This document shows, piece after piece, positions 54,836-64,000 of a stretch of 64,000 nt of DNA. Under the pieces are notes generated by a model. It made no database searches. It was not told the DNA's origin and worked only from the letters and a program-made list of their open reading frames with translations. Position 1 is the stretch's first letter. Every line of letters begins with the position of its first letter. A program made the translations under genes and the position numbers. This DNA comes from Candidatus Obscuribacterales bacterium (GTDB lineage Bacteria > Cyanobacteriota > Vampirovibrionia > Obscuribacterales > Obscuribacteraceae): contig CBDDIJ010000003.1 of assembly GCA_965228855.1 (NCBI GenBank), forward strand, positions 1,792,001-1,856,000. The letters run 5' to 3'.

Positions 54836-55656
54836 TCTCTTTGGCGAGACAATTCGTGATTGCCTGAAGCTCCTGCGTCAGAAGCCCCAGACGCGGAATC
54901 TCTGTTTATCGCGCTGCGCGTCGCCGTGACTTGCGTACGCTCACCTGAATCGGCGCCGACTGCTTTGATGTTAGCGCAAGGGCATGAACGCGAGCTGATG
55001 GCCTGCGTTTTGATAGTTTTAAGATGATGGTGAGCTACGTAATCTTTAATCCATTCTCTATTGTTCTCAAGCACATCGTCGTAGAACCAGAAGGTCGGCC
55101 ACTTTCTGCGAAGCTCGTGGCATTTAAGCTCATCTCGAACTTGATCGATATTCCACCCTTCAAAAGCCATACGATAGAGTTCCAGATAAAAAGATGTGCG
55201 ATCTCTACCGCCAACGCAGAATATATAAACAGGCTGATTCTCAGGATTACCAACGATCGACAGAAATTTTTCCATCTCAACACGAGTAGGTTTTTTGATG
55301 ACACCAGTCTTCACGTGAAACCACTTCATACCTATACTCTCGGCGAATTTCTCGTCCTTGTGCCGTGGGTTGGTGCGCAAACAAACTAGAGACTTAACGC
55401 CGACGGCTTTCAGTTGACTCATCTTGTCACGATCGGGCTGATGCCCCCAGAAAAGAATCCGTGAGGCTTGTCCTTCGCGCGATAACGATGGCAGCACTGT
55501 CAGTGGTATCACTAGAATCAAACTAAGCAGCGCAACAACGGATCGATCGAGGACACGCCTGTTCCGAGCGTCCTCACGAATATATCCAAGAGAGTCATTG
55601 AAGAGTAAAGTCAAAACGGGCTCCCTGAGGCGGTTTCTATGCCGTCGAGCGCTCAC
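54832..55656 (-). CDS. CX5R tyrosine/dual-specificity phosphatase family protein
   Basis: GHQP, GVKSLVCLR, PVYIFCVGGRDRT, GWNIDQ. Start uncertain. Confidence 0.8.
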   Translation of the reverse strand: MSARRHRNRLREPVLTLLFNDSLGYIREDARNRRVLDRSVVALLSLILVIPLTVLPSLSREGQASRILFWGHQPDRDKMSQLKAVGVKSLVCLRTNPRHKDEKFAESIGMKWFHVKTGVIKKPTRVEMEKFLSIVGNPENQPVYIFCVGGRDRTSFYLELYRMAFEGWNIDQVRDELKCHELRRKWPTFWFYDDVLENNREWIKDYVAHHHLKTIKTQAISSRSCPCANIKAVGADSGERTQVTATRSAINRDSASGASDAGASGNHELSRQRD

Positions 55657-56075
55657 AACGACCTGCAGAATTCGCTTACAGGCTCTATTTAGCGCTCTCC
55701 TCGATCATTGTTGCCCGTCAAGTCTGAGAAAGCTGGGATTTCTTGAAAGCTAGTTTGAGCCGGATGCGCTCAATTTTTTTTTCAGAAGAGCGCTGTTCAT
55801 GGACCTTTCAACGTAGAAGGCTCGCCCGCACCGGCGGAAGTAAATGGCCCCCTGGAGAATCAGGCAAACAGCAACCGAAAGAAGAGTGACAGAATCGCGC
55901 ATCAGGCTGACTACGAATTTCGACATCCCGGTAAAGCAGGCAAACTGGCGGTTTTGAGATGCAGGAGTCATGAATACCGGTCTGCTGCTGAAACGCCGAC
56001 CTTCGTTACATTTAGTGCGGAAACGGAAACAGGCGCTACATTGAGGCTAATATTGTCTGGCCGGCTCAATGCGGC

Positions 56076-57071
56076 TTGCCAGGAGAGAAAGTTCGCGTGC
56101 GCATAATTTACTTAGGTACCCCAGAATTTGCCGTCCCAACTTTGAAGCGGTTGATTGAAGAAAAAGACTTTGAGGTTGTTGCGGCCGTTTGTCAGCCGGA
56201 CAGACCCAAAGGTAGAGGCAACAAACTTGCAGCGCCACCAGTTAAGGTCACTGCGCAAGAGCATGGCATCCCGGTTCTTCAGCCGGAGAAATTAGCAAAG
56301 GCGCCGGAAATCGTCCAAGCCATGAGGGACCTCAATCCTGACGTCATCGTGATGGTGGCATTTGGACAAATTTTGAAGGAGGCGGTTCTAAAAATGCCTC
56401 CATACGGTGTCATAAACCTGCATGGTTCTTTGCTTCCACATTACCGGGGCGCAGCACCTATTAATTGGTCGATCCTTAATGGCGATACCAAAACCGGTAT
56501 CACGACGATGCAAACAGAAGCAGGCGTCGATACCGGACCGATGCTTCTCAAAGCGGAAGTTGAGATAACGGAGAACATGACAGCGCCCGAGTTGGCAGAG
56601 AAACTGTCAACAGTCGGAGCTGAGCTTATAGTAAAAACATTACGCGGGCTCAAAGATGGCTCGGTGACGCCGGAAAAACAGGACGATTCGCTGGCTACTT
56701 TTGCGCCGATCATGACTAAAGAAATGGCTGACATCGACTGGTCGAAATCCGCACGACACATCCATAATCAGGTTCGAGGTCTCGTGCCATGGCCGGGAAC
56801 TTCGACCGTATTTCGGGGTACACAATTAAAGATCGTGAAAACTGAACTGGTGAAGGATGGTGGCACGAACCAGAAAGAGTTGCCACCAGGGACGATACTG
56901 ACGACGAGCAAGGAAGTACTGGTATCCTGTGGCGCGACTGGCAGCGAACGTCTGCGGTTAGTTCTCGTAAAGCCACAAGGTAAAGGAGATGTAGAAGCTA
57001 GAAGCTGGGCTAATGGCGCTCGACTAACCGATTCAGACAGATTTGAAAACAGTAAGCAACTGGCAACATAA
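56076..57071 (+). CDS. fmt: Methionyl-tRNA formyltransferase
   Basis: YLGTPEFA, QPDRPKGRG, VAFGQIL, INLHGSLLPHYRGAAPINW, GVDTGP. Confidence 0.97.
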   Translation: MPGEKVRVRIIYLGTPEFAVPTLKRLIEEKDFEVVAAVCQPDRPKGRGNKLAAPPVKVTAQEHGIPVLQPEKLAKAPEIVQAMRDLNPDVIVMVAFGQILKEAVLKMPPYGVINLHGSLLPHYRGAAPINWSILNGDTKTGITTMQTEAGVDTGPMLLKAEVEITENMTAPELAEKLSTVGAELIVKTLRGLKDGSVTPEKQDDSLATFAPIMTKEMADIDWSKSARHIHNQVRGLVPWPGTSTVFRGTQLKIVKTELVKDGGTNQKELPPGTILTTSKEVLVSCGATGSERLRLVLVKPQGKGDVEARSWANGARLTDSDRFENSKQLAT

Positions 57072-58528
57072 TGGACAAGGAATCCTCAAAGAATAAAACA
57101 GCTCCACGTGGGTTTCAATCCAGAAAAATCGCCGTGGAAGTTCTCGTTCGAGTCAACGAGTCCGGCGCGTATTCCAATCTCGCCCTGTCGCAGGCACTCA
57201 AAAATAGCCAACTATCGGCCCGCGATAAAGCATTCGTAACTCTGCTCGTTCAGGGAGTAACAAGGAACCTGAGTGAAGTGGATGGCGTGATCGCCAGGTT
57301 TTCAAAAAATCCTTTAGATACACTTCCAGGCGTGCTTCTCAATACTCTGCGACTGGGAATCTTTCAGCTGGAATTCCTGGAAGATACGCCACCACCGGCA
57401 GTGTTAAACACTTCCACTGCAGTAGCTAAGGCATGCGGGCACAAAGGCATGGCGTCATACACTACAGCAGTGCTGCGCAATTATCTGCGAGCCCGCGAGG
57501 CTGACGGAGGAGCCGCACTGATTCGGAAAGACACTGCCGAGGATGCATCCGCCGAACTAGCCGCAGAGAATAGAATCGAATCACTGGCAAAGAAATTCTC
57601 AGTTCCTGAATGGCTCGTAAAACGATGGTTCGAGAACTTTTCTGAGAAAGAAGCTCTGTGTCTATTACAGTATTCCAGGTCCGAACCTCGCATTGTACTT
57701 AGAACAAATGATCTAAAAACGACGACGGAAGAGTTCATGCAGACATTGAAAAATGCCGGCGTGGAGTTCGATGTTTCGCCACTCGTGCCATCATGCCTGG
57801 TGCTGAAATCTAAGGGGAGAGGGCGAGGAAACCCATCTGAATTACCGGGATACAGCGAAGGGCTATTCAGTATTCAAGACGACACCGCTGCCTTTGTCTC
57901 AAAAGTACTTTCTCCGGAACCCGGCAACCTGGTCATAGATCTTTGTGCCGCGCCTGGCGGAAAAGCGCTCTACATAGGCGAATTGATGGGAAACAAAGGT
58001 CGCATCATCGCGGTGGACACGCGAGCGAAACGATTGGAGCTTTTGAAAACAAACCGCCGCCGCCTTGGCGTTATGAATATCGAAATCGTAGAGGCGGATG
58101 GCACAAACTTCGATTTCCAGCCTCAAGCAGATCGCATCTTGGTTGATGCGCCATGCTCTGGAACAGGCGTTTTAAATCGGCGCGCCGATCTTCGCCATCG
58201 CCGAGTAGAACATGACATCGAGAGCCTGGCAAAACTTCAGTACGACCTGCTTGCCAATGCGCAGAGACTGCTAAAGCCGGGCGGAGTCATGGTGTACGCA
58301 ACCTGTACGGTGGAACCGGAAGAGAATGAGCAGGTGGTCCGAAAATTTCTCGAAAACCATTCGGACTTTTACCTCGACGACCTCACACCGTTTTTCCCTG
58401 CAGAATTAGTTGAGCAGCACCAACTTCAGGATGTTTTGAAGACCGGCATGATCCAGATTCTGCCGACGATCAGCGACTTATCCGGATTCTACATCGCTCG
58501 CCTGGTAAAAGCCGAGCAACAACCTTAG
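57071..58528 (+). CDS. rsmB: 16S rRNA m5C967 methyltransferase
   Basis: NusB-like N-domain, IQD, DLCAAPGGK, VDAPCSGTG, YATCT; follows fmt. Confidence 0.95.
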   Translation: MDKESSKNKTAPRGFQSRKIAVEVLVRVNESGAYSNLALSQALKNSQLSARDKAFVTLLVQGVTRNLSEVDGVIARFSKNPLDTLPGVLLNTLRLGIFQLEFLEDTPPPAVLNTSTAVAKACGHKGMASYTTAVLRNYLRAREADGGAALIRKDTAEDASAELAAENRIESLAKKFSVPEWLVKRWFENFSEKEALCLLQYSRSEPRIVLRTNDLKTTTEEFMQTLKNAGVEFDVSPLVPSCLVLKSKGRGRGNPSELPGYSEGLFSIQDDTAAFVSKVLSPEPGNLVIDLCAAPGGKALYIGELMGNKGRIIAVDTRAKRLELLKTNRRRLGVMNIEIVEADGTNFDFQPQADRILVDAPCSGTGVLNRRADLRHRRVEHDIESLAKLQYDLLANAQRLLKPGGVMVYATCTVEPEENEQVVRKFLENHSDFYLDDLTPFFPAELVEQHQLQDVLKTGMIQILPTISDLSGFYIARLVKAEQQP

Positions 58529-58677
58529 CGTTCTTCTTCGGTTTCCTGATTGAAAAGCGAATAGAGCAGTAGATTGTCCGCATCTTCAACCCACATTTTA
58601 CGCGGCAACAGTTCCAGCAGGTTTAGAAAATCTAGTCGTTTCGACGTGGAATTGACCGGTTTCTTGTCGTCTTTCAT
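58525..58677 (-). CDS. Small hypothetical protein (50 aa) absent from the ORF track
   Basis: MKDDKKPVNSTSKRLDFLNLLELLPRKMWVEDADNLLLYSLFNQETEEER; GGAG SD; stop overlaps the rsmB stop. Confidence 0.5.
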   Translation of the reverse strand: MKDDKKPVNSTSKRLDFLNLLELLPRKMWVEDADNLLLYSLFNQETEEER

Positions 58678-58869
58678 ACCATTCTCTCCGTGAACAAGAT
58701 GAAGGGTAACGGACCATCGTTTAAGACAGAGTTAAAACTGCAATGTTTTGTTCCAGTCGGCCAACTCAGGTCTGGGCAAGGTATTCAGGGTAAATCCCGG
58801 TTTGAACGGAAGGTCAAACTGGGTACGTCTCAAACGGAGACCCTCGACGCACGGTTCCGAGGTTATGAG

Positions 58870-59721
58870 ATGGAGATTTTCCAATTACTGTTCAGCACGC
58901 CGATGATGTTCTTCTACGCCTTTGTGGTGATAGCGTATTTGCTTTCCGCTGTTCGCTTCGTGAAAGAATACGACCGTCTTGTAATTTTTACGCTCGGGCA
59001 AGTTAAGGGGGTCGGCGGACCAGGATTCACGATGGTCTATCCGATCATTCAGTCGGAGAAAAAAGTCGACCTGCGCATGATTACCATGTCAATTCCGATG
59101 CAAGAAATTATCACCAAGGATAACGTGTCAGCCAGGACGGCCGCGGTGTGTTTCTTCCAGGTTGTCGATCCTTATAAAGCGGTCACTAAAGTCGAAGACC
59201 CGGTTAATGCAACCAGCCAGATCGCGCAGACCACGCTGCGAAGCGTACTCGGTCAACATGAACTCGATGACCTTCTGACAGAACGCGATCAGATCAATCA
59301 GAAACTGTCGGCAATCATCGACAGACAAACTGAACCCTGGGGCATCAAAGTAATATCGGTCGAAGTCAAAGATGTAGAAATTCCTGAGACAATGCAACGA
59401 GCAATGGCTCGCCAGGCAGAGGCTGAGCGGGAGCGTCGCGCAAAAATCGTTGCCGCCGAGGGTGAACTGCAGGCTGCAGAGAAACTTGCTGAAGCGGCGA
59501 GAACAATCGGGGCTTCGCCGGGAGCGATGCAACTGCGTCAACTGCAAACAATGGTGGAAGTTTCAGCGGAAAATAATTCAACCATTATCTTCCCAGTGCC
59601 CATCGAGCTTTTCGAGAAATCTCATAAGCTGCAATTGCCTGTCGAGAAGATGGCGGAATCTATTAATAACCTTCAAAATCAAAACAAGCTGAAAGTCAAC
59701 GAGCAAGAAAAGCAGCAGTAA
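58870..59721 (+). CDS. SPFH/band-7 stomatin-like (slipin) protein
   Basis: VDLR, QEIITKDNV, AQTTLRSVLG, AMARQAEAERERRAK, LRQLQT. Confidence 0.93.
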   Translation: MEIFQLLFSTPMMFFYAFVVIAYLLSAVRFVKEYDRLVIFTLGQVKGVGGPGFTMVYPIIQSEKKVDLRMITMSIPMQEIITKDNVSARTAAVCFFQVVDPYKAVTKVEDPVNATSQIAQTTLRSVLGQHELDDLLTERDQINQKLSAIIDRQTEPWGIKVISVEVKDVEIPETMQRAMARQAEAERERRAKIVAAEGELQAAEKLAEAARTIGASPGAMQLRQLQTMVEVSAENNSTIIFPVPIELFEKSHKLQLPVEKMAESINNLQNQNKLKVNEQEKQQ

Positions 59722-59741
59722 ACGTTAAGAAGCAGCACCAC

Positions 59742-60296
59742 CTACGGTGCCGGTTTCGAGAGAAACTCCGGAAGCGTCAAATCTTTCGGTTTCTTCACTA
59801 TCCACACACATGCCTCAGCCACAGCGTCTTTTAGCGCCTCATCAGGGTCTTCAGCCATCTCGTGCTCGAAGATTAATCGATACGCGGCGACGTTTTCGCC
59901 ATACCAGAGAAAGACGCGAATGGAATCTCCACGACCGAAGTTAACCAGCAAGTGATCGAGATCTTGCGGCGGAGAAACATCGAAGCCTCGCTTATATTCA
60001 GTGATTGTGTCGAGCCCATAGGCCACATCGAGTCCGGCTCTGTGCTTCCCGAACATGCCGGACTCTTTGAAGGCTCGACCGCGGCAAATCACAACTTTGT
60101 CCTTGCCTCGCCGATAGGTCAGCCAGCCCTTCCAATCAGCGGGAGCCGCATCAGCGAGTTTCAAACCGATTTCCTTTTCAACGATGGACAAAAGAATTTC
60201 GCACTCGGGAGTGAGCTCTTCCAGCCCCCTGCGAGCCTCTTCTTTGGCGATTATCTCCGACTCCAGTTCCAAAAGCCGGGCGTGAAATTTTGACAC
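59742..60296 (-). CDS. Hypothetical protein
   Basis: 184-aa ORF with AGGT SD, co-oriented with the upstream genes. Confidence 0.7.
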   Translation of the reverse strand: MSKFHARLLELESEIIAKEEARRGLEELTPECEILLSIVEKEIGLKLADAAPADWKGWLTYRRGKDKVVICRGRAFKESGMFGKHRAGLDVAYGLDTITEYKRGFDVSPPQDLDHLLVNFGRGDSIRVFLWYGENVAAYRLIFEHEMAEDPDEALKDAVAEACVWIVKKPKDLTLPEFLSKPAP

Positions 60297-60331
60297 TCTA
60301 CCTATCCACCTTTCCGTGATTTAATTATGCC

Positions 60332-61177
60332 CTAAAGCAGCAATTCGTTGTATGCAAGACTGGCGGCGACGATAAGCATAACTATTCCAAACCCGCGTCG
60401 CAGCCAAGAATCTTTGAGCCTCAACGCCAGAGTGCTTCCGAGAAATGAGCCGGGAATCGAACCGAACATCATCGCAAACATCAACGGAAAATCGACGTGA
60501 CCGGCAATGGCATGCGTAATAGTTCCCGGAATTGAAATTGCAGCGACCACGAGAAGCGACGTTCCAAACGCGGTTTTAATAGGCGTTTTAAACAGATACA
60601 TCAAGCAAGGTACAAATATAAAGCCACCACCGACGCCGAAGAAACCAGCCATGAATCCGGCGAAAAGTCCGATGAGGAGCAATTTAATCGTTCGCTTTGA
60701 TAGATTGCCGAGGATCCGGCGATTATCTTCCTCCTGCTCGAGTTCGTCGATTTCAACTGCGGTTTTATCTCCCTGTTTCTCCGCCGAACGCGCAAAGAGT
60801 TTCAACACCACACCAAAAGTCAGGTCCAGACCTGCAACACAGACGAATGCGGCAAACGATAGCATGAGCGCCGTGCCGTGTACGAAAGTCGTAGCAATCG
60901 CACCAAGGATTACGCCTAGCACCGCAGGCGATACCATTGTGAAACCCATCTTGAGATCTATCTCTTGCTTGCGAATGTAATTGAACGTCCCGCTTATCGA
61001 GGTCGGGATGATAAGAGCCATCGTCGTTCCCACAGCGACGTGCGGCGAAATATTCAACGTCAAACGCAAAAGCGGGGTCGAAACAGTGCCGCCCCCAATT
61101 CCAAAAGCTCCGGAGAACAAACCGGTAACTAAACCGATCGCCAGAGCAAGTAAAATGTGTCCAGTTACAAAACTCAC
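60332..61177 (-). CDS. TauE/SafE family (sulfite exporter-like) permease
   Basis: Duplicated GxxSGxFGIGGG motifs, AVGT/AFGTS. Confidence 0.9.
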   Translation of the reverse strand: MSFVTGHILLALAIGLVTGLFSGAFGIGGGTVSTPLLRLTLNISPHVAVGTTMALIIPTSISGTFNYIRKQEIDLKMGFTMVSPAVLGVILGAIATTFVHGTALMLSFAAFVCVAGLDLTFGVVLKLFARSAEKQGDKTAVEIDELEQEEDNRRILGNLSKRTIKLLLIGLFAGFMAGFFGVGGGFIFVPCLMYLFKTPIKTAFGTSLLVVAAISIPGTITHAIAGHVDFPLMFAMMFGSIPGSFLGSTLALRLKDSWLRRGFGIVMLIVAASLAYNELLL

Positions 61178-61923
61178 ATGTACTTCGAGATTATTCTGCC
61201 AAGATCAGGATTGTCCACGATCATTTGGTCAAATATAGGATTTCTTGAGAGTATCCTTATGATCTTCTTGTCTCTTTGAATTGCCGAGTAGATTCCTTCG
61301 GGGTCCAACATGGCTACTTCTTTGACCTCGCCGTTGGCGGCAAGCACGCGGGCCGCCGACTTCCACTTCGTTATTCGCCGACAGACGTAATGGTCTGCGT
61401 CCGCAATCTCCGAGAGCCTCGGGTGCTTGGCAAGCAGCTTGGCAGCGCTTTTGTGATCGGTAATCGCCTCGATTACTCGCGGATTTGCGTCCGCAACCTT
61501 ATCGAGCCAGTGGTATTTCGCTAACCGCTTAGCCGCCTTCCCGTCGAAGCGCAGGCGCAAGGTATCAGGTCCGGCATCCTTCAAAATCGATTGCACGGCG
61601 CTGTCAATTTCCTTTTGCTCAGCCGCCGTTGATGTTTTCGCCGGGACAACAGGACTGGCGGGAACGGAGGAGCCGACAGGCACAACCGGCAGTTTCACGA
61701 ACGGTTTCAATTTCGCCGGAGACTCCCAGCCTTCTGCTGAATTGGTCTTCCCTTCATCACCGAAAGCCGGGGCGATCAAACTTGAAGCACACAAGATGCT
61801 CACTGAAACTGCCGCGGCACCGAAGAAACGCTTGAGCCGCTTCCCGGATTGCAAACGGCTGTGCGACTCTTCGCATTCGAAACTGAATAATGCCACCACG
61901 TTTAATTCACCCGGGAAGTTCAT
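61174..61923 (-). CDS. Secreted hypothetical protein with four ~30-aa helical repeats
   Basis: Signal-like FFGAAAVSVSILCASSLIAPAFG; repeats xAAKxLAKxxxLxxxAxxDP. Confidence 0.7.
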   Translation of the reverse strand: MNFPGELNVVALFSFECEESHSRLQSGKRLKRFFGAAAVSVSILCASSLIAPAFGDEGKTNSAEGWESPAKLKPFVKLPVVPVGSSVPASPVVPAKTSTAAEQKEIDSAVQSILKDAGPDTLRLRFDGKAAKRLAKYHWLDKVADANPRVIEAITDHKSAAKLLAKHPRLSEIADADHYVCRRITKWKSAARVLAANGEVKEVAMLDPEGIYSAIQRDKKIIRILSRNPIFDQMIVDNPDLGRIISKYM

Positions 61924-62105
61924 TTATTGATCGAATTCTATCACGCGCCAATCTGAGCAGGATTCGCGAATCACATGACACCGATGGCGATACTATATAT
62001 CTAGAACTAACGCGTCCGATATTCAACGCAAATTACAAGACTGCCAAATAGATTTTTCCGCCGCGTCTGCGGTCAATAGTAGAATGGAGAAGTGTCTCCG
62101 AGGTC

Positions 62106-63890
62106 ATGTTTATGTCCAACCCTTTGGGCTCAAACAAACCATCATCATCTGACCAGCCGGAAGAGAAACCGGTTAAGCCGGCTGATGCGGCGGAAAAGCC
62201 GGCGACATCGTTGTCCATTTCGGACTTGATGTCTATGAAATCTCAGTTGGGTCAGGGTTCCTCCCTCTCGACTTCAGACACCGGTGCATTCCACGCACCG
62301 GACCTCACGCTTGAATCACCCGCTGAACCTCGCTTCGACGGCTTACGCACCATCGATCTCAGCAGATTCCTCTCCGACAAGAATATCGCCAGAGATCTGT
62401 CGAAAACGCCTTCCATACAGAACGACGGTAAAGACTTTACCTGGCAAACCACTCATATGCTGGACGCCAACGCCAATATGGGGCTGACTATCCCGCTCGG
62501 ATTGCGCCAACACTTCCTACTACGAGGAGTGGACGCAAAAGCGATAGAAGAACAAAAGCTGCTTGAAGAGCTCAAGCTGAGACTGGCCGAGCTAAAAGGA
62601 AATTCGGTTAATGATGAATTGATAATAACCGAGGAAACCCGCCGCAGCATGGAAGAGGCGACCCAGGCGGCAAAGCGGTCCATGACCATTCCGGAGCTTG
62701 TTTCAAATAGTCTAAATTTAGCCCGAATCCTTGAGTGCATAGGCTATATTGAGGATGCCAGGAAGGCAGTAGCAATTGCGTGCTCAGCCGATCCCAAAAA
62801 CCACCTGGCACACCAAATGCTTCAGGAGCTTGAAAGAGTGCATCCCCAGGACATAGCGTTCGCCCCGATCACCGCGCCAACACCGGAACTTACAAAATCA
62901 AATCTAGCAAAACGAATAATCGATCTGTCTAGAGGCAGTATCGCCGTCGTCGGAGACCTGCTAATCGACGAGCTTCTGGAAGCCAATCCCACCAGAATCT
63001 CAAGAGAAGCTCCTGTTTTGATCCTCGAGCACGCTGACACAGAACACATTCCTGGTGGCGCCGCTAATACCGCTCACAATATTACCGCGTTCGGCGCAAA
63101 ATGCCATGCGATCGGCGTTTGCGGAGACGATGACTATTCAGACAAGCTAGCGAAGATGCTAGAGAAACATGGAATTACTCACGATCTGGTCAAAGATCCT
63201 TCCAGACCAACGACCGTGAAGACCCGCATTCTGAGTAAGTCTCACTCATTGATGCAACAGCTGCTTCGTCTGGACAGAATTTCTCACGAAAAAATCAGCG
63301 AAGAGATCGCCCAGAAGCTTGCTCAGAAAGTCCTTGATTCCACCGGCTCATACAGCGCGATCATCCTCTCCGATTACAAAGCAGGCGTGATTGTAGATAG
63401 CGTCGTCGAGGCTTGCCGCAAGGTGTCGGCCGACCGAAAAATTCTTTTGATCGTCGATGCCCAGAATGATTTCAAACGCTTTAACGGCTGCACACTCATC
63501 ACGCCGAACCAGCCAGACTCCGAAGAAGCAGTCGGATATAAAATCGACTCACCTCAAGCACTTGAACGAGCGGGCGCTGATTTGCTTGCACAAAGCAAAG
63601 CAGAAGCCGTTCTTCTCACTCGCGGCAGTCATGGCATGGCGCTGTTCCGCCGCCATGAAGGTTTAGTGGAGTTACCACCATTCAACAAATCCGAAGTATT
63701 CGATGTCACCGGAGCTGGTGACACTGTCGTAGCGACAATGGCTCTGGCACTGGTTACCGGGGCATCTTTCGTCGAAGCAATGGCGCTGGGTAATCTTGCC
63801 GCCGGCATCGTGGTGAAGAAAGTTGGCACTGCGGTGACAAGCCAAAAAGAAATGCTCGACACGCTGGAAACCATCTCTTTGTTCAAGTAG
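62106..63890 (+). CDS. hldA: HldA/RfaE-like heptose-7-phosphate kinase (PfkB family) with ~260-aa N-terminal extension
   Basis: VVGDLLIDE, RISREAPV, PGGAANTAHN, TTVKTRI, QQLLRLD, SDYKAG, ITPN, DVTGAGDTV. Confidence 0.82.
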   Translation: MFMSNPLGSNKPSSSDQPEEKPVKPADAAEKPATSLSISDLMSMKSQLGQGSSLSTSDTGAFHAPDLTLESPAEPRFDGLRTIDLSRFLSDKNIARDLSKTPSIQNDGKDFTWQTTHMLDANANMGLTIPLGLRQHFLLRGVDAKAIEEQKLLEELKLRLAELKGNSVNDELIITEETRRSMEEATQAAKRSMTIPELVSNSLNLARILECIGYIEDARKAVAIACSADPKNHLAHQMLQELERVHPQDIAFAPITAPTPELTKSNLAKRIIDLSRGSIAVVGDLLIDELLEANPTRISREAPVLILEHADTEHIPGGAANTAHNITAFGAKCHAIGVCGDDDYSDKLAKMLEKHGITHDLVKDPSRPTTVKTRILSKSHSLMQQLLRLDRISHEKISEEIAQKLAQKVLDSTGSYSAIILSDYKAGVIVDSVVEACRKVSADRKILLIVDAQNDFKRFNGCTLITPNQPDSEEAVGYKIDSPQALERAGADLLAQSKAEAVLLTRGSHGMALFRRHEGLVELPPFNKSEVFDVTGAGDTVVATMALALVTGASFVEAMALGNLAAGIVVKKVGTAVTSQKEMLDTLETISLFK

Positions 63891-64000
63891 AGCGGCTAAC
63901 GGAGCCACTACACGTCACTTGAAATTGAAACGGTTTCAACCTACGGAATTTGAGAAATAGCACAAAAAAAGCGAAAGAGCACGTACCCGACGCGCTCTCT

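Noticed and set aside
55820..55915. Glycine-riboswitch-like words (CTGGAGA, ACCGAA, TCAGG)
   Set aside because: I could not form the P1-P3 helices, the spacing deviates and the downstream fmt is not a glycine gene. cmscan would settle it.
1..64000. CRISPR array, prophage, transposase or defence system
   Set aside because: No repeat-spacer array and no recognisable cas, phage, transposase or defence proteins.

Overview
Chromosomal window from a non-photosynthetic relative of cyanobacteria, probably Vampirovibrionia/Melainabacteria (Obscuribacterales-like). This is an inference from the cyanobacterial-type S12, CCA-less tRNAs, a HAS-barrel gene and a TM Ser/Thr kinase with LRRs. It carries housekeeping genes (smpB, rpsL-rpsG-fusA, fmt-rsmB, tRNA-Cys, tRNA-Val), three ABC transporter loci, glycoside hydrolases and many secreted or TPR hypothetical proteins. 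I saw no CRISPR array, prophage, integrase or IS. The strongest hidden signals are non-coding. (1) A complete uORF-coupled attenuator (promoter, 31-aa leader, anti-antiterminator, antiterminator, terminator) lies upstream of an ABC-2 exporter operon at 15.4-15.6 kb. (2) A ~180-nt rod-like structured RNA, 6S-like or an attenuator, lies at 24.65-24.85 kb. (3) TTCAC boxes with an 11-bp period lie between divergent genes at 13.1-13.2 kb. (4) A structured ~480-nt spacer separates rpsG from fusA. (5) A DppB-like permease probably starts at CTG. Protein oddities include a Cys-rich pentapeptide protein with a 30-aa super-repeat, a kinase with a tandem Cys motif and no alphaC Glu, and a heptose kinase fused to a long N-terminal region. 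All family calls come from motif recognition by eye, and RNA pairings were worked out by hand.
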